Source: Piromyces finnis finn (Eukaryota; Fungi; Neocallimastigomycota). Taken from it: a stretch of 64,000 bases of DNA. Position 1 is the stretch's first letter. Every line of letters begins with the position of its first letter. Positions 46,442 to 58,001 of this stretch are shown piece after piece. The position numbers and the translations under genes are program-made. The DNA lies in contig MCFH01000055.1 in NCBI GenBank assembly GCA_002104945.1, forward strand, positions 186,001-250,000. Direction: 5' to 3'. The notes under the pieces are model-generated. The model had not been told where the DNA came from, ran no database searches, and saw only the letters and a list, made by a program, of their open reading frames with translations.

Positions 46442-48795
46442 CTAACAATCTTCAACAAAATCTTCTCTTGCCCAATCGGGTAAACTTGTTTTAAAACTCC
46501 AGGCATCCTCTAAAATGGTTGCATGTGAATTATAATTTTTATTTTCTGATGGCACTTCTTCTCCTGCCTTTGGTTTTTCTTCTTTTTCTTCTCCATCTTC
46601 TCCTTTTTTATTTTCACTCGATAACTGTTCTTCGGTTGTTGAATCAGTGCTACTATTACTTGAGTAAGAGTAAGCATGTAACCAAATACACATTTGATGT
46701 GGTTTTGGATCACTCTTAGGATGAATACAATCATCACAACTTTCAACAAACCATGATGGCTTTTCTTTTTCTTGATTAACATCATTTTGTGATGGATTTT
46801 GATCAGTTTCTTGTTTGTTTTCTGATTCATGGTTTTCTGTAGAAATTGACTTATTAGTATCAGGACATTCTAAATTTGGGAAACCCATTGCCATCATATT
46901 TCCAATGACTTTATCAATGCCTTCTTTATTTACACCGCCTTTACCACATTGTTGACCCCATATATCAGTATTGCAATAAAGAGGGTCATTTGCTATTGGA
47001 TAACCTATTACATGAGAAAAAGCCAACATATATTTGTAAATTTAACATGTTTTTTTTTTTTATTATTTTATTTTATTTTATTTTATTTTATTTTATTTTA
47101 TTTTATTTTATTTTATTTTATTTTATTTTATTTTATTTTATTTTATTTTATTTTATTTTATTTTATTTTATTTTATTTTATTTTATTTTATTTTATTTTA
47201 TTTTATTTTATTTTATTTTATTTTATTTTATTTTATTTTATTTATTTTATTTTATTTTATTTTATTTTATTTTATTTTATTTTATTTTATTTTATTTTAT
47301 TTTATTTTATTTTATTTTATTTTATTTTATTTTATTGGTTTTTTATTTAAATTTTATATATTTATATTTAAAAAGTATAAATATTATATATGTATTCAAA
47401 TATTTACCTAAATATTGTAAGTGAACTCGAATTTGATGGGTTCTTCCTGTTAATGGTTTACCTTTCATATATATATAAATATATATATATAAAAATGAAT
47501 AAATAAATTTTAACAATATAGGATTATCAAAAATACTCACATAATACCAAACTAGTTTTTCCATTAAAATGAAGTTTCTTAAATATTGTAGTGCATGGTT
47601 TTCCATCAGGTGAAACAGAATTTAAACCAAGTTTAAAAGATACAGTTAAAATTGGTTCATTACACACAATTTCTTCACTTTATTATAAAATATATATAAA
47701 TAAAAGTATAAAACTTTTCATAAATAACTACCCTAGATATATTTATATAAGAAGTAGAACTAAAATTGAATTTTAAATCTTACTCTGGAAAATTTCCTAC
47801 AACTCTAGCTAAATATTCTTTAAGAATTGTTTTATGCCTTAAATTATATTCCATTGCTTTTGCCCTTTCTGGATTTAAACAAATAATATTTAGTCCTGAA
47901 GTTAATCTATCTAAACGATTGGATGCTGATCAATGAATATGAATAAATTCCATTTTTATTTTAAAATTTTAAACCGAATTTTTTGAATTGATTTTGAAAA
48001 AGTGATTTTTAAATTATTTAATATATTTATAATAATTACATTTATTAGTATTTAAAGTTACATTACCCAATAAAAAAAGAAAAAGAAAAGAAAAATTAAT
48101 ATAGCAACTTACGATATAATTTTTTATAACCATATTCGTTCATTAAAATGTGTAATACTGTATTATGATTATATCTACCACTTGGATGAACTGGAATAGA
48201 AGAAGGTTTATTAATAATAAGAAAATCATCTGTTTTTTTGACAATTTCAATTTTTTGAGATGTAACTGGAGGTTCATGACGATGAATTGAATGTGACACA
48301 ACATCACCATTCTTTAACAAATAGTCGGGACTAACAATTTTATTATTGACCTTGATTTTTCCTGTTTCAATAGCTTTTTTCTTATTTATTTAAATAATTG
48401 AAATATAATTGAAATATTATAAAATTGAATTTACTAATTATTTTATTTTATTTTATTTTACTTTTTTATTTATTAAATTCTTTACATAATATTCGGGTGT
48501 ATGATCTTGAAATTCTTTACAGAATATACTATATATAGATTTTTCATACCAACGTCCTTTTGTAAATGTTTTGTAGGTAAAAAAGTAAGGTTGAACTTTT
48601 CTTAGCCCTTTTTAGATAATATTATCAGTATATTTTATTATTTTTTATGGTAAAAGAAATAAAGTTGTTTTTTCTTTTTTTTTTTTTTAAATTATACGTA
48701 TATATAAATAAGCAAGTAAAATTACCATTTTCAAAGTAATATTTCGCATTAGAAGGTGGTTCTTCATTATTGATATCTTTATAACTTAGATTTCT
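46442..48795 (-). CDS. RluA-family pseudouridine synthase (Rib2/Pus9/RPUSD2-like), multi-exon; true 5' end slightly upstream and unresolved
   Basis: Exons encode KVQPYFFTYKTF, HRHEPPV, INKPSSIPVHPSGRY, catalytic NRLDRLTSGL, KPLTGRTHQIRVHLQYLG and GYPIANDPLY. Confidence 0.9.
47066..47335. repeat. (TTTTA)n pentanucleotide repeat, about 54 units, in a pseudouridine synthase intron (47005-47407)
   Basis: Read directly; one 4-nt interruption. Confidence 0.97.
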
Positions 48796-49133
48796 CTTTA
48801 TATAAATACATTACAATAAATACATTGCCATTTTCTATTATTACTTAATTAATTAAATTTATTATTTGAATAAATATTAAGAAAAAAAAAAAATATACTC
48901 TTTTATTTTTTTTAACTTTAGGCATTGTGCTTTAGTAATACTTTTTTATTTTTTAAAATGTCTTCGTTCTATAAAAAAATAAAATAAATTAAAAAATTTT
49001 TTAAGTGTTAAGGTAATAATAATTTAAATATATAAGCCACATTGTAAATATATAAATGCATACAATATGTATTTATTTTATCGCTTTTAATAATAATAAA
49101 AGAAATAATAATAAAATCTAATCAAGAATATCT

Positions 49134-49270
<137 letters not shown>

Positions 49271-49446
49271 CAGTATTTTTATATTAATATTGTAAAAGAA
49301 TAATAATTTTTTTTGTTAATTTTCAAATAATTATTTGGTATCTTAATTATATCTTACATTTAATTATAGTTTTTTTCTTTGTAATAATATTTTATACTTT
49401 AATATTCAATTATTAAAGTAAAGTTTTACTTTTCATTTTTTATAGT

Positions 49447-50526
49447 TTACCAACCAGCAATGTTTTTGTAAACATGAGATTTATCAACATTACCATTAAT
49501 ACCTTTAACAGAACCAGAAGAAGAGTATTGCCAAGCATCATATGAAGAAGTAGATGGACTATTGTTACTGTATTTAGCTACCCAAATGTAAGCACCAGCA
49601 TCAGTTAATTTCTTTAAATCAAGATTATCTCTAAACCAACTTTCAGAAGCGTAAACTCCAGCCTTGTAACCAAGAGCCTTAATCTTTTTAATGAAAGCAA
49701 CAGCACAATTTGTTCTAGTAGTTTTAGATAAACCATCAGCTCTTCCAGTATTACCTGATGCACCAGATAATTCAGAATCCCAAAAGATTGGGAAGTTGTT
49801 AGTCTTACCCTTTAAAAGAGTATTGACAACATAAGTAGCTTCAGCTTCAGCTTCGGCAGTAGTCTTAGCTTGAGTAAAGAAATAATAACCAATCTTTGTT
49901 TTTCCTTTGAAACCATTATAGTGAGTTTCTAAACTATCATCTTTTGCTAAATTACCAGCAGATCCATATCCTCTTATACCACAACGAAGAATAACACCAT
50001 CGATTTCTTTAGCAGCAGCAGCATAGTCAGTAACAACATTCCATTTAGAAAGATCAATAATTTCCTTTTGTTTAAATGTTGTTGGTTTAATAATAGTTGT
50101 AGTCTTCTTAGTGGTAGTTGTCTTTTTGGTAGTAGTAGTAGTCTTTTTAGTAGTAGTAGTCTTTTTAGTAGTAGTAGTTACTTTTGGAACACATAACTTT
50201 ACATTACTACTTCCTGGACATTGATTAGAGTAAAGAGTGTTTGAATTGGTTGGGCATTTGGAAACATTTTTGCAAACACCTGCTTTACTAAGGTTTGTAC
50301 CATTAGTAAGTTGTGTGACTTTCTTAACACAACATAAAATATTAGCTGGATCATTTTTACAATAGCCAGTATAAGTAGTTGCAGTACCTTTTTGACCACT
50401 TGACATTTTACATAAAGATTTATCTATACAAACACCTTCGCCTCCAGGGGCAGTACAAGGATCTTCAACTTTAGCAAGAGCTAATGGTACTAATAAAGTT
50501 AATAAGCATTTTAAATTTAAACGCAT
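49447..50526 (-). CDS. Secreted GH25 muramidase (lysozyme), type A: signal peptide + 2 Cys-rich repeats + Thr/Lys linker + GH25
   Basis: GH25 motifs IIDLSKWN, RCGIRGYG, GYYFFTQA, catalytic FWDSE (DxE), GRADGL, GYKAGVYAS, IWVAKY, AWQYSSSG and GINGNVD. Intronless. Confidence 0.92.
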   Translation of the reverse strand: MRLNLKCLLTLLVPLALAKVEDPCTAPGGEGVCIDKSLCKMSSGQKGTATTYTGYCKNDPANILCCVKKVTQLTNGTNLSKAGVCKNVSKCPTNSNTLYSNQCPGSSNVKLCVPKVTTTTKKTTTTKKTTTTTKKTTTTKKTTTIIKPTTFKQKEIIDLSKWNVVTDYAAAAKEIDGVILRCGIRGYGSAGNLAKDDSLETHYNGFKGKTKIGYYFFTQAKTTAEAEAEATYVVNTLLKGKTNNFPIFWDSELSGASGNTGRADGLSKTTRTNCAVAFIKKIKALGYKAGVYASESWFRDNLDLKKLTDAGAYIWVAKYSNNSPSTSSYDAWQYSSSGSVKGINGNVDKSHVYKNIAGW

Positions 50527-50606
50527 TTTTATTTTCTTTTTTTTTTTAGAAAAATATTCTGTGATTTTTTTATCTTTTCTTTTATTTATGTATAATTTAT
50601 ATAATT

Positions 50607-50718
50607 ATACTTTTTTTTTTTTTGTATTTAAAAAATTTTTAATAATTATACCTCTATTTATACTTTTTTTTTTTGTATTTAAAAAATTTTTAATAATTAT
50701 ACCTCTATTTATACTTTT
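50607..50718 (-). promoter_or_regulatory. About 51-bp tandem duplication carrying two TATAAATA boxes upstream of GH25 type A
   Basis: The unit ...GTATTTAAAAAATTTTTAATAATTATACCTCTATTTATAC occurs twice, placing TATAAATA on the minus strand at 50655-50662 and 50706-50713. The paralogous promoter at about 60343 has one copy. Promoter function is inferred. Confidence 0.5.
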
Positions 50719-51969
50719 TTTATATTATTGTTATTAGTAGTAACTTATTGGCAAAATATCATCTTCGAAAGTATTTCCCTTTATTAAAAGAATAGAATAT
50801 TCTTATTAATATAAAAATAATAATATTTAAAAATACTTACAATGGTTTATTCATATTATTTAATTTCAATCATTAATATTATTATTGTTTTTTTATAAAA
50901 ATATATATAGAATATATAATATATATAGTATATATAGTATTATTCATCTTTATTTTTTAATTCTATAATTTTAATAGTAAAACTATATAAAATATACTTT
51001 TCTTTTAATTATTAATGGTTAAAGGTAATTAAAAATTAAAAATTGGCTTTTTTTTATTAGATAATTAATCATTAAAATTATATTAAAATATTTATTATTA
51101 AATATATTTATAATTTATTTAATAAAAATAAGCTTTCTTGAAATTTGAGTAATAAGATCGGAGAGAAAATAACAATTTATTTGATAAAATAAAAAAAAAT
51201 AGTAATATTAAAAAATAGTATTAATAAAAAAAATAATTTTGATATAATGAATATTATGTTAATAAAAATAAAATGAAAAAAAAACTTTATCAAAACCATT
51301 TTCTTTAATAAAAAAAAAAACATCTACTTTTTAATAGAAAAAAACAATAAAAAAAAAAAAAAAAATCATTCGAAAATTTATTGGGACAATTAAATATAAA
51401 TTATTATTTTAATGACTAAGGTTTAATTAAAATAAAAACATAATTTTTTTTTAGTGTAACATTATATAATAATTCTATAAAACAAATAAAAATTAGTTTT
51501 TTTTAATATTATTATTATTATACTAATAATTTGACTTTTTTATAAAGCCACTTTACTTTTAATTATAAACTACTGTTTTAATAATAAAAAAGTATCAACT
51601 TACTATATAATAATTCAATAATACACTAAATATTTTATTTTATTAAAAAGATTTATTATTTAATTTTATTTTTATTTAATTTTTATTTAATTTTTATTTT
51701 TTTTATCAATTATAAAACCATTATTTAAATTTTTTTATTTAAAAAATAAAATTATAAAGTGTTTTTTTTAACTAGCAATATAAATACATAAATAATAAGC
51801 ATCATTAATTTCATTAATTTTTGATTTAATTATAAGACGAGGTGAGTATGGTTAATTACAATAATAATTTATAAGATTTATAATCCAAATTGTAACTATA
51901 AGAATTAACAATTTGGTTGAAATTATACATATTAATGAAAACTAATTATCATATATTTTATATTACAGT

Positions 51970-53052
51970 TTACCAACCAGCAATGTTTTTGTAAACATGA
52001 GATTTATCAACATTACCATTAATACCTTTAACAGAACCAGAAGAAGTATATTGCCAAGCATCATACGAAGAAGTAGATGGACTACTGCTGCTGTATTTAG
52101 CTACCCAAATGTAAGCACCAGCATCAGTTAATTTCTTTAAATCAAGATTATCTCTAAACCAACTTTCAGAAGCGTAAACTCCAGCCTTGTAACCAAGAGC
52201 CTTAATCTTTTTAATGAAAGCAACAGCACAATTTGTTCTAGTAGTTTTAGATAAACCATCAGCTCTTCCAGTATTACCTGATGCACCAGATAATTCAGAA
52301 TCCCAAAAGATTGGGAAGTTGTTGGTCTTACCCTTTAAAAGAGTATTGACAACATAAGTAGCTTCAGCTTCAGCTTCGGCAGTAGTCTTAGCTTGAGTAA
52401 AGAAATAATAACCAATCTTTGTTTTTCCTTTGAAACCATTATAGTGAGTTTCTAAACTATCATCTTTTGCTAAATTACCAGCAGATCCATATCCTCTTAT
52501 ACCACAACGAAGAATAACACCATCGATTTCTTTAGCGGCTGCTGCATAGTCAGTAACAACATTCCATTGAGAAATATCAATAATTTCCTTTTGTTTAAAT
52601 GTTGTTGGTTTAATAATAGTTGTAGTCTTCTTAGTGGTAGTAGTAGTCTTTTTAATAGTTGTCTTTTTAGTCGTAGTTTTTGATTTTGGTACACATAATT
52701 TAACATTATTAGTTCCTGGGCATTCATAAGTATTAATTAATGTATTAAAAGTTGTTGAACACTTTGAAACATTTAAACAACGACCAGTAGCACCAAGAGC
52801 TTGACCACTTCTAAGTGTAGTAACCTTTTTAATACAACAAATAACATTATCTGGATCATTTGGACATGGCCAATTTGGAGCTGAACCAGCATATTTAATA
52901 GCTGAACCTTTTTGACTACCATACATTATACAATCGGTATCTTTAACACACACACCTTCACCATAGGAACCACCATTACATGGTTGATCAATATAAGCAA
53001 GTGCAGTTGGAACTGCTAATAAACTTAATAAATATTTTATATTAAAATGCAT
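51970..53052 (-). CDS. Secreted GH25 muramidase, type B (different Cys-rich module, near-identical catalytic domain)
   Basis: Same architecture as type A; the catalytic domain differs from A at only about 5 residues; intronless. Confidence 0.92.
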   Translation of the reverse strand: MHFNIKYLLSLLAVPTALAYIDQPCNGGSYGEGVCVKDTDCIMYGSQKGSAIKYAGSAPNWPCPNDPDNVICCIKKVTTLRSGQALGATGRCLNVSKCSTTFNTLINTYECPGTNNVKLCVPKSKTTTKKTTIKKTTTTTKKTTTIIKPTTFKQKEIIDISQWNVVTDYAAAAKEIDGVILRCGIRGYGSAGNLAKDDSLETHYNGFKGKTKIGYYFFTQAKTTAEAEAEATYVVNTLLKGKTNNFPIFWDSELSGASGNTGRADGLSKTTRTNCAVAFIKKIKALGYKAGVYASESWFRDNLDLKKLTDAGAYIWVAKYSSSSPSTSSYDAWQYTSSGSVKGINGNVDKSHVYKNIAGW

Positions 53053-54093
53053 TTTATTTTTTATTTAAATTTTTAACTATATTTTTAATATTAATTTATT
53101 TTATATTTATTCTATTTTATATATATTCTATTTTTTATTTATTCTATTTTTTATTTTTTTATTTTTTTTTTTTTTTTTGAATAAAAAAATTTTGCAGAAA
53201 ATATCTTTATTTATATTAATTCTATCCACGTTGAATAATTCTTAACGCCAATATATATTTTTATTTTATTTCCATTATTCATTATTAGCTATTCATTTTA
53301 TTTAATTTCATTCATTAATATTATACTTGTAACTTCCATAAAATGGTTAATATTATTCTTTTAAACAAACAAAAAAAGAAATAATAATTAAACCTTAAAT
53401 AATATACTTTAACTAGTGGTGTTACACTTTTGAAATTTTTATAAAAATAAAATTTAATTAATCTATTAATTTAATAAATTAAATTTTCAAGATTTTTTAA
53501 TAGAAAATATTAAATAAATAGAACATTCTTTCTATTTAATAAAATATTAAATGTATCATAATATTTATTTACAATAAGCATTATATAGCTTTTATTAATA
53601 TTCTTTTAAAATAAAATAATAAAGCTATTTATATAATTATCAAAATTTCTTTTTATATAAATATTTTAATACAATGGATGTTGCACTATCAAAAGTAGCA
53701 GGAAGGTTCACTATAATAAATTTAAACTTAATAAAGTAATTCAGTATAATGTTTTTAAAAATAATTATATTGATAAAAATTTTAATGGTTAATCAATTTA
53801 ATTATTAAAATCAAAATTTTAAATTTTATTGAAAAAAAAAAATGTATGGAATATAATTTTCTTTCATTAATTATTCAATATTCCATTAGTATGGTCACCT
53901 TAAATAATTTAAATTTAGCATATAATAAAAATTACATAAATTTTTAAAGTAAACTTAATTGAATTTCTATAAAAAAAATAAAAAAGAAATTAAATAGCTT
54001 TGACACTACAATTTATTATTTAGCATGAATTAGCATGAAATAATAGCTTCAACTTTTTTTAATGGAGTAGTTGAGACTTTTATTTATTGATAC

Positions 54094-54682
54094 ATATATT
54101 TAAAATATTTAAAAATAAATTTAAAACTTAAAAATTAAGAATTTTTAATAAATAAATTAAACAAAACTGAATAAAAATAGGATATAATATATTTTAGTAA
54201 TTTTAATTAAAGTTAAAAGGCCATTATTGCATCTATTACATTAAAACAATAATTAATATTTTACTTTCAATTGGACTTGGCGTCAAAAAAATAAAGTTTT
54301 GTTAGTGGAAAAAATTATGTTCTGCATTGGGTAGTGGGGGAGGGAAAATCCTGTCTTACTGTTTCTTCAGCAATGATATCAATCATATCCTTTCCAATCT
54401 TTTGATATTTAACGATGAAACAATTATATGTTTTTAAACAGTATATACTAAAATCAGGAAATCAAAATAAAACTATTTGAATTTTTATTAAAAAATAAAA
54501 ATGAATATTATTTATTTACATAATAAAATGTAGCAGCTTAAATATTATAAGTCGATTTTAGAGTTATTTATTTTTAATATATTTTATTAATTTAAATATA
54601 TATATATGTAACATATTTATGAAGTTATATTGAATTACTTTTCTATTTTATACATTTTTTTTACATTTTATTTTATTTTATT

Positions 54683-54717
<35 letters not shown>

Positions 54718-55827
54718 GTTATTTTATTATTTTATTATTTTATTGTATTGTATTATTATTAATATTAATAATTTATTTTATTTTATTCAACTTTGTTTTA
54801 TTATATTCTATTTTATTAAATCTACCTTATATACTTTATTTCATTTCATTTTATCTTATTTTATTTCTAATAATTCAGTTTTTAGTTTGGAACACATAAT
54901 TTAACATTATCGCTTCCTGGACATTCGGCGGTATTAACTAAGTAATGATTTTTGGTTGAGCAGTTAGAAACATTTAAACAACGACCAGTCTTCTTAAGTA
55001 CTATTCCACTTTTAAGAGTAGAAACCTTCTTAACACAGCAAATAACATCATCTGGGTCATTTGGACATGGCCATCTTGAAGAAGTACCAGCATATTTATA
55101 AACTGAACCTTTTTGATTACTGTACATTTTACAATCAGAGCTTTTAATACAGACACCTTCACCATGAATAATATCAGTTTTACATGGTTCATCAATGTAA
55201 GCAAGGGCAGCTGGAACGGCTAATAAAGCTAATAAGTATTTTAAGTTGAATTGCATTTTGTAATTTTAATTTTAATTTTTTTTTTTCTTTTTAGTTTATA
55301 TTAATTTTTTAATTATATTTTATTTATTTGATTTGATTTAAAAAAAAAGTTTATTGAAAATTGTTCTTATTTATACTAATTTCGCCATTATTAAATTATA
55401 TTCAAAAAGGTTACTAAAAGTTATTTGATAATATATAAAACTCTTTTAATTTCTATTAAAGTTTAGTTATTTATCAATCACTTATTTTATTTAGTTTCAC
55501 TTATTAATTTCGTTGCTATTATTTTCATAATCTTTAATAATACGGTTAGTATTATTCTACTAATTTCTAATTTTTATAATAAAAAAGTAATTAATGTTAT
55601 TTTATTGTTCTTGTAAGTAAAATAAGTAAAATATACCTAATCAAGAACCTTAAATAATATTCTTTAAACATTAATATTATTTAAAGTTTTGGTAATTGTT
55701 TTTTGTTTGTTTGCTTTGTTTTCTTGTTTATAAGAATAATGTTAACAATTCTTATGAAGATTAATAAAATAATATTAATTAACAGAAGTTAAATAAAATA
55801 AATAATTAATAAATTACCAAACTGAAT
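54094..55827. repeat. Left arm of a 1734-bp near-perfect inverted repeat
   Basis: Mirrored ORF coordinates all sum to 112684 with identical translations. Boundaries were read by eye; one mismatch seen (55812/56872). Confidence 0.93.
54882..55256 (-). CDS. Secreted Cys-rich protein, type C: stand-alone copy of the GH25 N-terminal module without linker or enzyme
   Basis: Signal peptide MQFNLKYLLALLAVPAALA and 10 Cys with the same spacing pattern as types A/B; stops at VKLCVPN*. Confidence 0.85.
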   Translation of the reverse strand: MQFNLKYLLALLAVPAALAYIDEPCKTDIIHGEGVCIKSSDCKMYSNQKGSVYKYAGTSSRWPCPNDPDDVICCVKKVSTLKSGIVLKKTGRCLNVSNCSTKNHYLVNTAECPGSDNVKLCVPN

Positions 55828-56856
55828 TTTTAATAATTCTAATTGGTCTACCAATTAAATTTAATTAATTCGATTAAATCTAAATTATTAAGTTTGATTA
55901 ATGAAAAGTATACATGGAATATGGAATATGGAATATTAGATAATCTTTTCATTAACTATTCAATTAAACTATTCGATTCAACTATTCGATATTCAATATT
56001 CCATTAGTATTACCAAGTTAAAATAATTTAAATTGACCATATAATAAAAATTAATTATTGTTATTATTTTGTTTATTCGCAACGATTTTTAAAGTAAAAT
56101 TTATTGATAAAAATGATATATAAAAATAAAAAAGGAAATTAAATGTTTTAATTATTTAATATTCTTAAATAGTAAAGTTTAATGAATTAATTTTTTATTA
56201 TATAGAAAGAAAGAAATAATAACCCTAAATATTTTAAAAATACTCCCAATTCTAAAGTATGAAACAATAAATTATTTCTATTATTGTTGACCTAGTTATT
56301 ACCTATCTAGTATTATTCATCAATAATTTTTTTGGAATATTTCATAAAAATATAAACTTTATTCTTTGCATTATAAATAACAAAAATTGATCGACCATAT
56401 AAGTAGTTCTTTTATTCCCACTTTTAAAAGAAGAAAAGTAATAAAGTTCAAAACTTTGATTTTTTGTATATAAGGTAAAACAGAAATTAAATTAATTATT
56501 AATTAAAAACTTTAATTATTATGAGAGTTACATAAGAATACATAAAATTAAAATTATACTTATGAGTTAACGTGATCAAAAATAATGAGGCGCAATAAAA
56601 TTCACAAAAAATTAAGATTTCATATATTAAAGAAGTATAAATTTTATTTTAATCTATAGAATTGTATATTTTGCTATATGGCTGGTAAACATTCAGGTTA
56701 TTGATACAATACTTAAAGTTTTAAGATTACACAATAATACTAAATAAATTAATATTTTTAATTAATGTGAATAAATTATTTAAATATTAAAAATTCACAT
56801 ATTTAATTAGATATATGATACATTTAATTATTATTGTTAGAATTTTGGTAGATTTT

Positions 56857-57966
56857 ATTCAGTTTGGTAATATATTAATTATTTATTTTATTTAACTTCT
56901 GTTAATTAATATTATTTTATTAATCTTCATAAGAATTGTTAACATTATTCTTATAAACAAGAAAACAAAGCAAACAAACAAAAAACAATTACCAAAACTT
57001 TAAATAATATTAATGTTTAAAGAATATTATTTAAGGTTCTTGATTAGGTATATTTTACTTATTTTACTTACAAGAACAATAAAATAACATTAATTACTTT
57101 TTTATTATAAAAATTAGAAATTAGTAGAATAATACTAACCGTATTATTAAAGATTATGAAAATAATAGCAACGAAATTAATAAGTGAAACTAAATAAAAT
57201 AAGTGATTGATAAATAACTAAACTTTAATAGAAATTAAAAGAGTTTTATATATTATCAAATAACTTTTAGTAACCTTTTTGAATATAATTTAATAATGGC
57301 GAAATTAGTATAAATAAGAACAATTTTCAATAAACTTTTTTTTTAAATCAAATCAAATAAATAAAATATAATTAAAAAATTAATATAAACTAAAAAGAAA
57401 AAAAAAAATTAAAATTAAAATTACAAAATGCAATTCAACTTAAAATACTTATTAGCTTTATTAGCCGTTCCAGCTGCCCTTGCTTACATTGATGAACCAT
57501 GTAAAACTGATATTATTCATGGTGAAGGTGTCTGTATTAAAAGCTCTGATTGTAAAATGTACAGTAATCAAAAAGGTTCAGTTTATAAATATGCTGGTAC
57601 TTCTTCAAGATGGCCATGTCCAAATGACCCAGATGATGTTATTTGCTGTGTTAAGAAGGTTTCTACTCTTAAAAGTGGAATAGTACTTAAGAAGACTGGT
57701 CGTTGTTTAAATGTTTCTAACTGCTCAACCAAAAATCATTACTTAGTTAATACCGCCGAATGTCCAGGAAGCGATAATGTTAAATTATGTGTTCCAAACT
57801 AAAAACTGAATTATTAGAAATAAAATAAGATAAAATGAAATGAAATAAAGTATATAAGGTAGATTTAATAAAATAGAATATAATAAAACAAAGTTGAATA
57901 AAATAAAATAAATTATTAATATTAATAATAATACAATACAATAAAATAATAAAATAATAAAATAAC

Positions 57967-58001
<35 letters not shown>

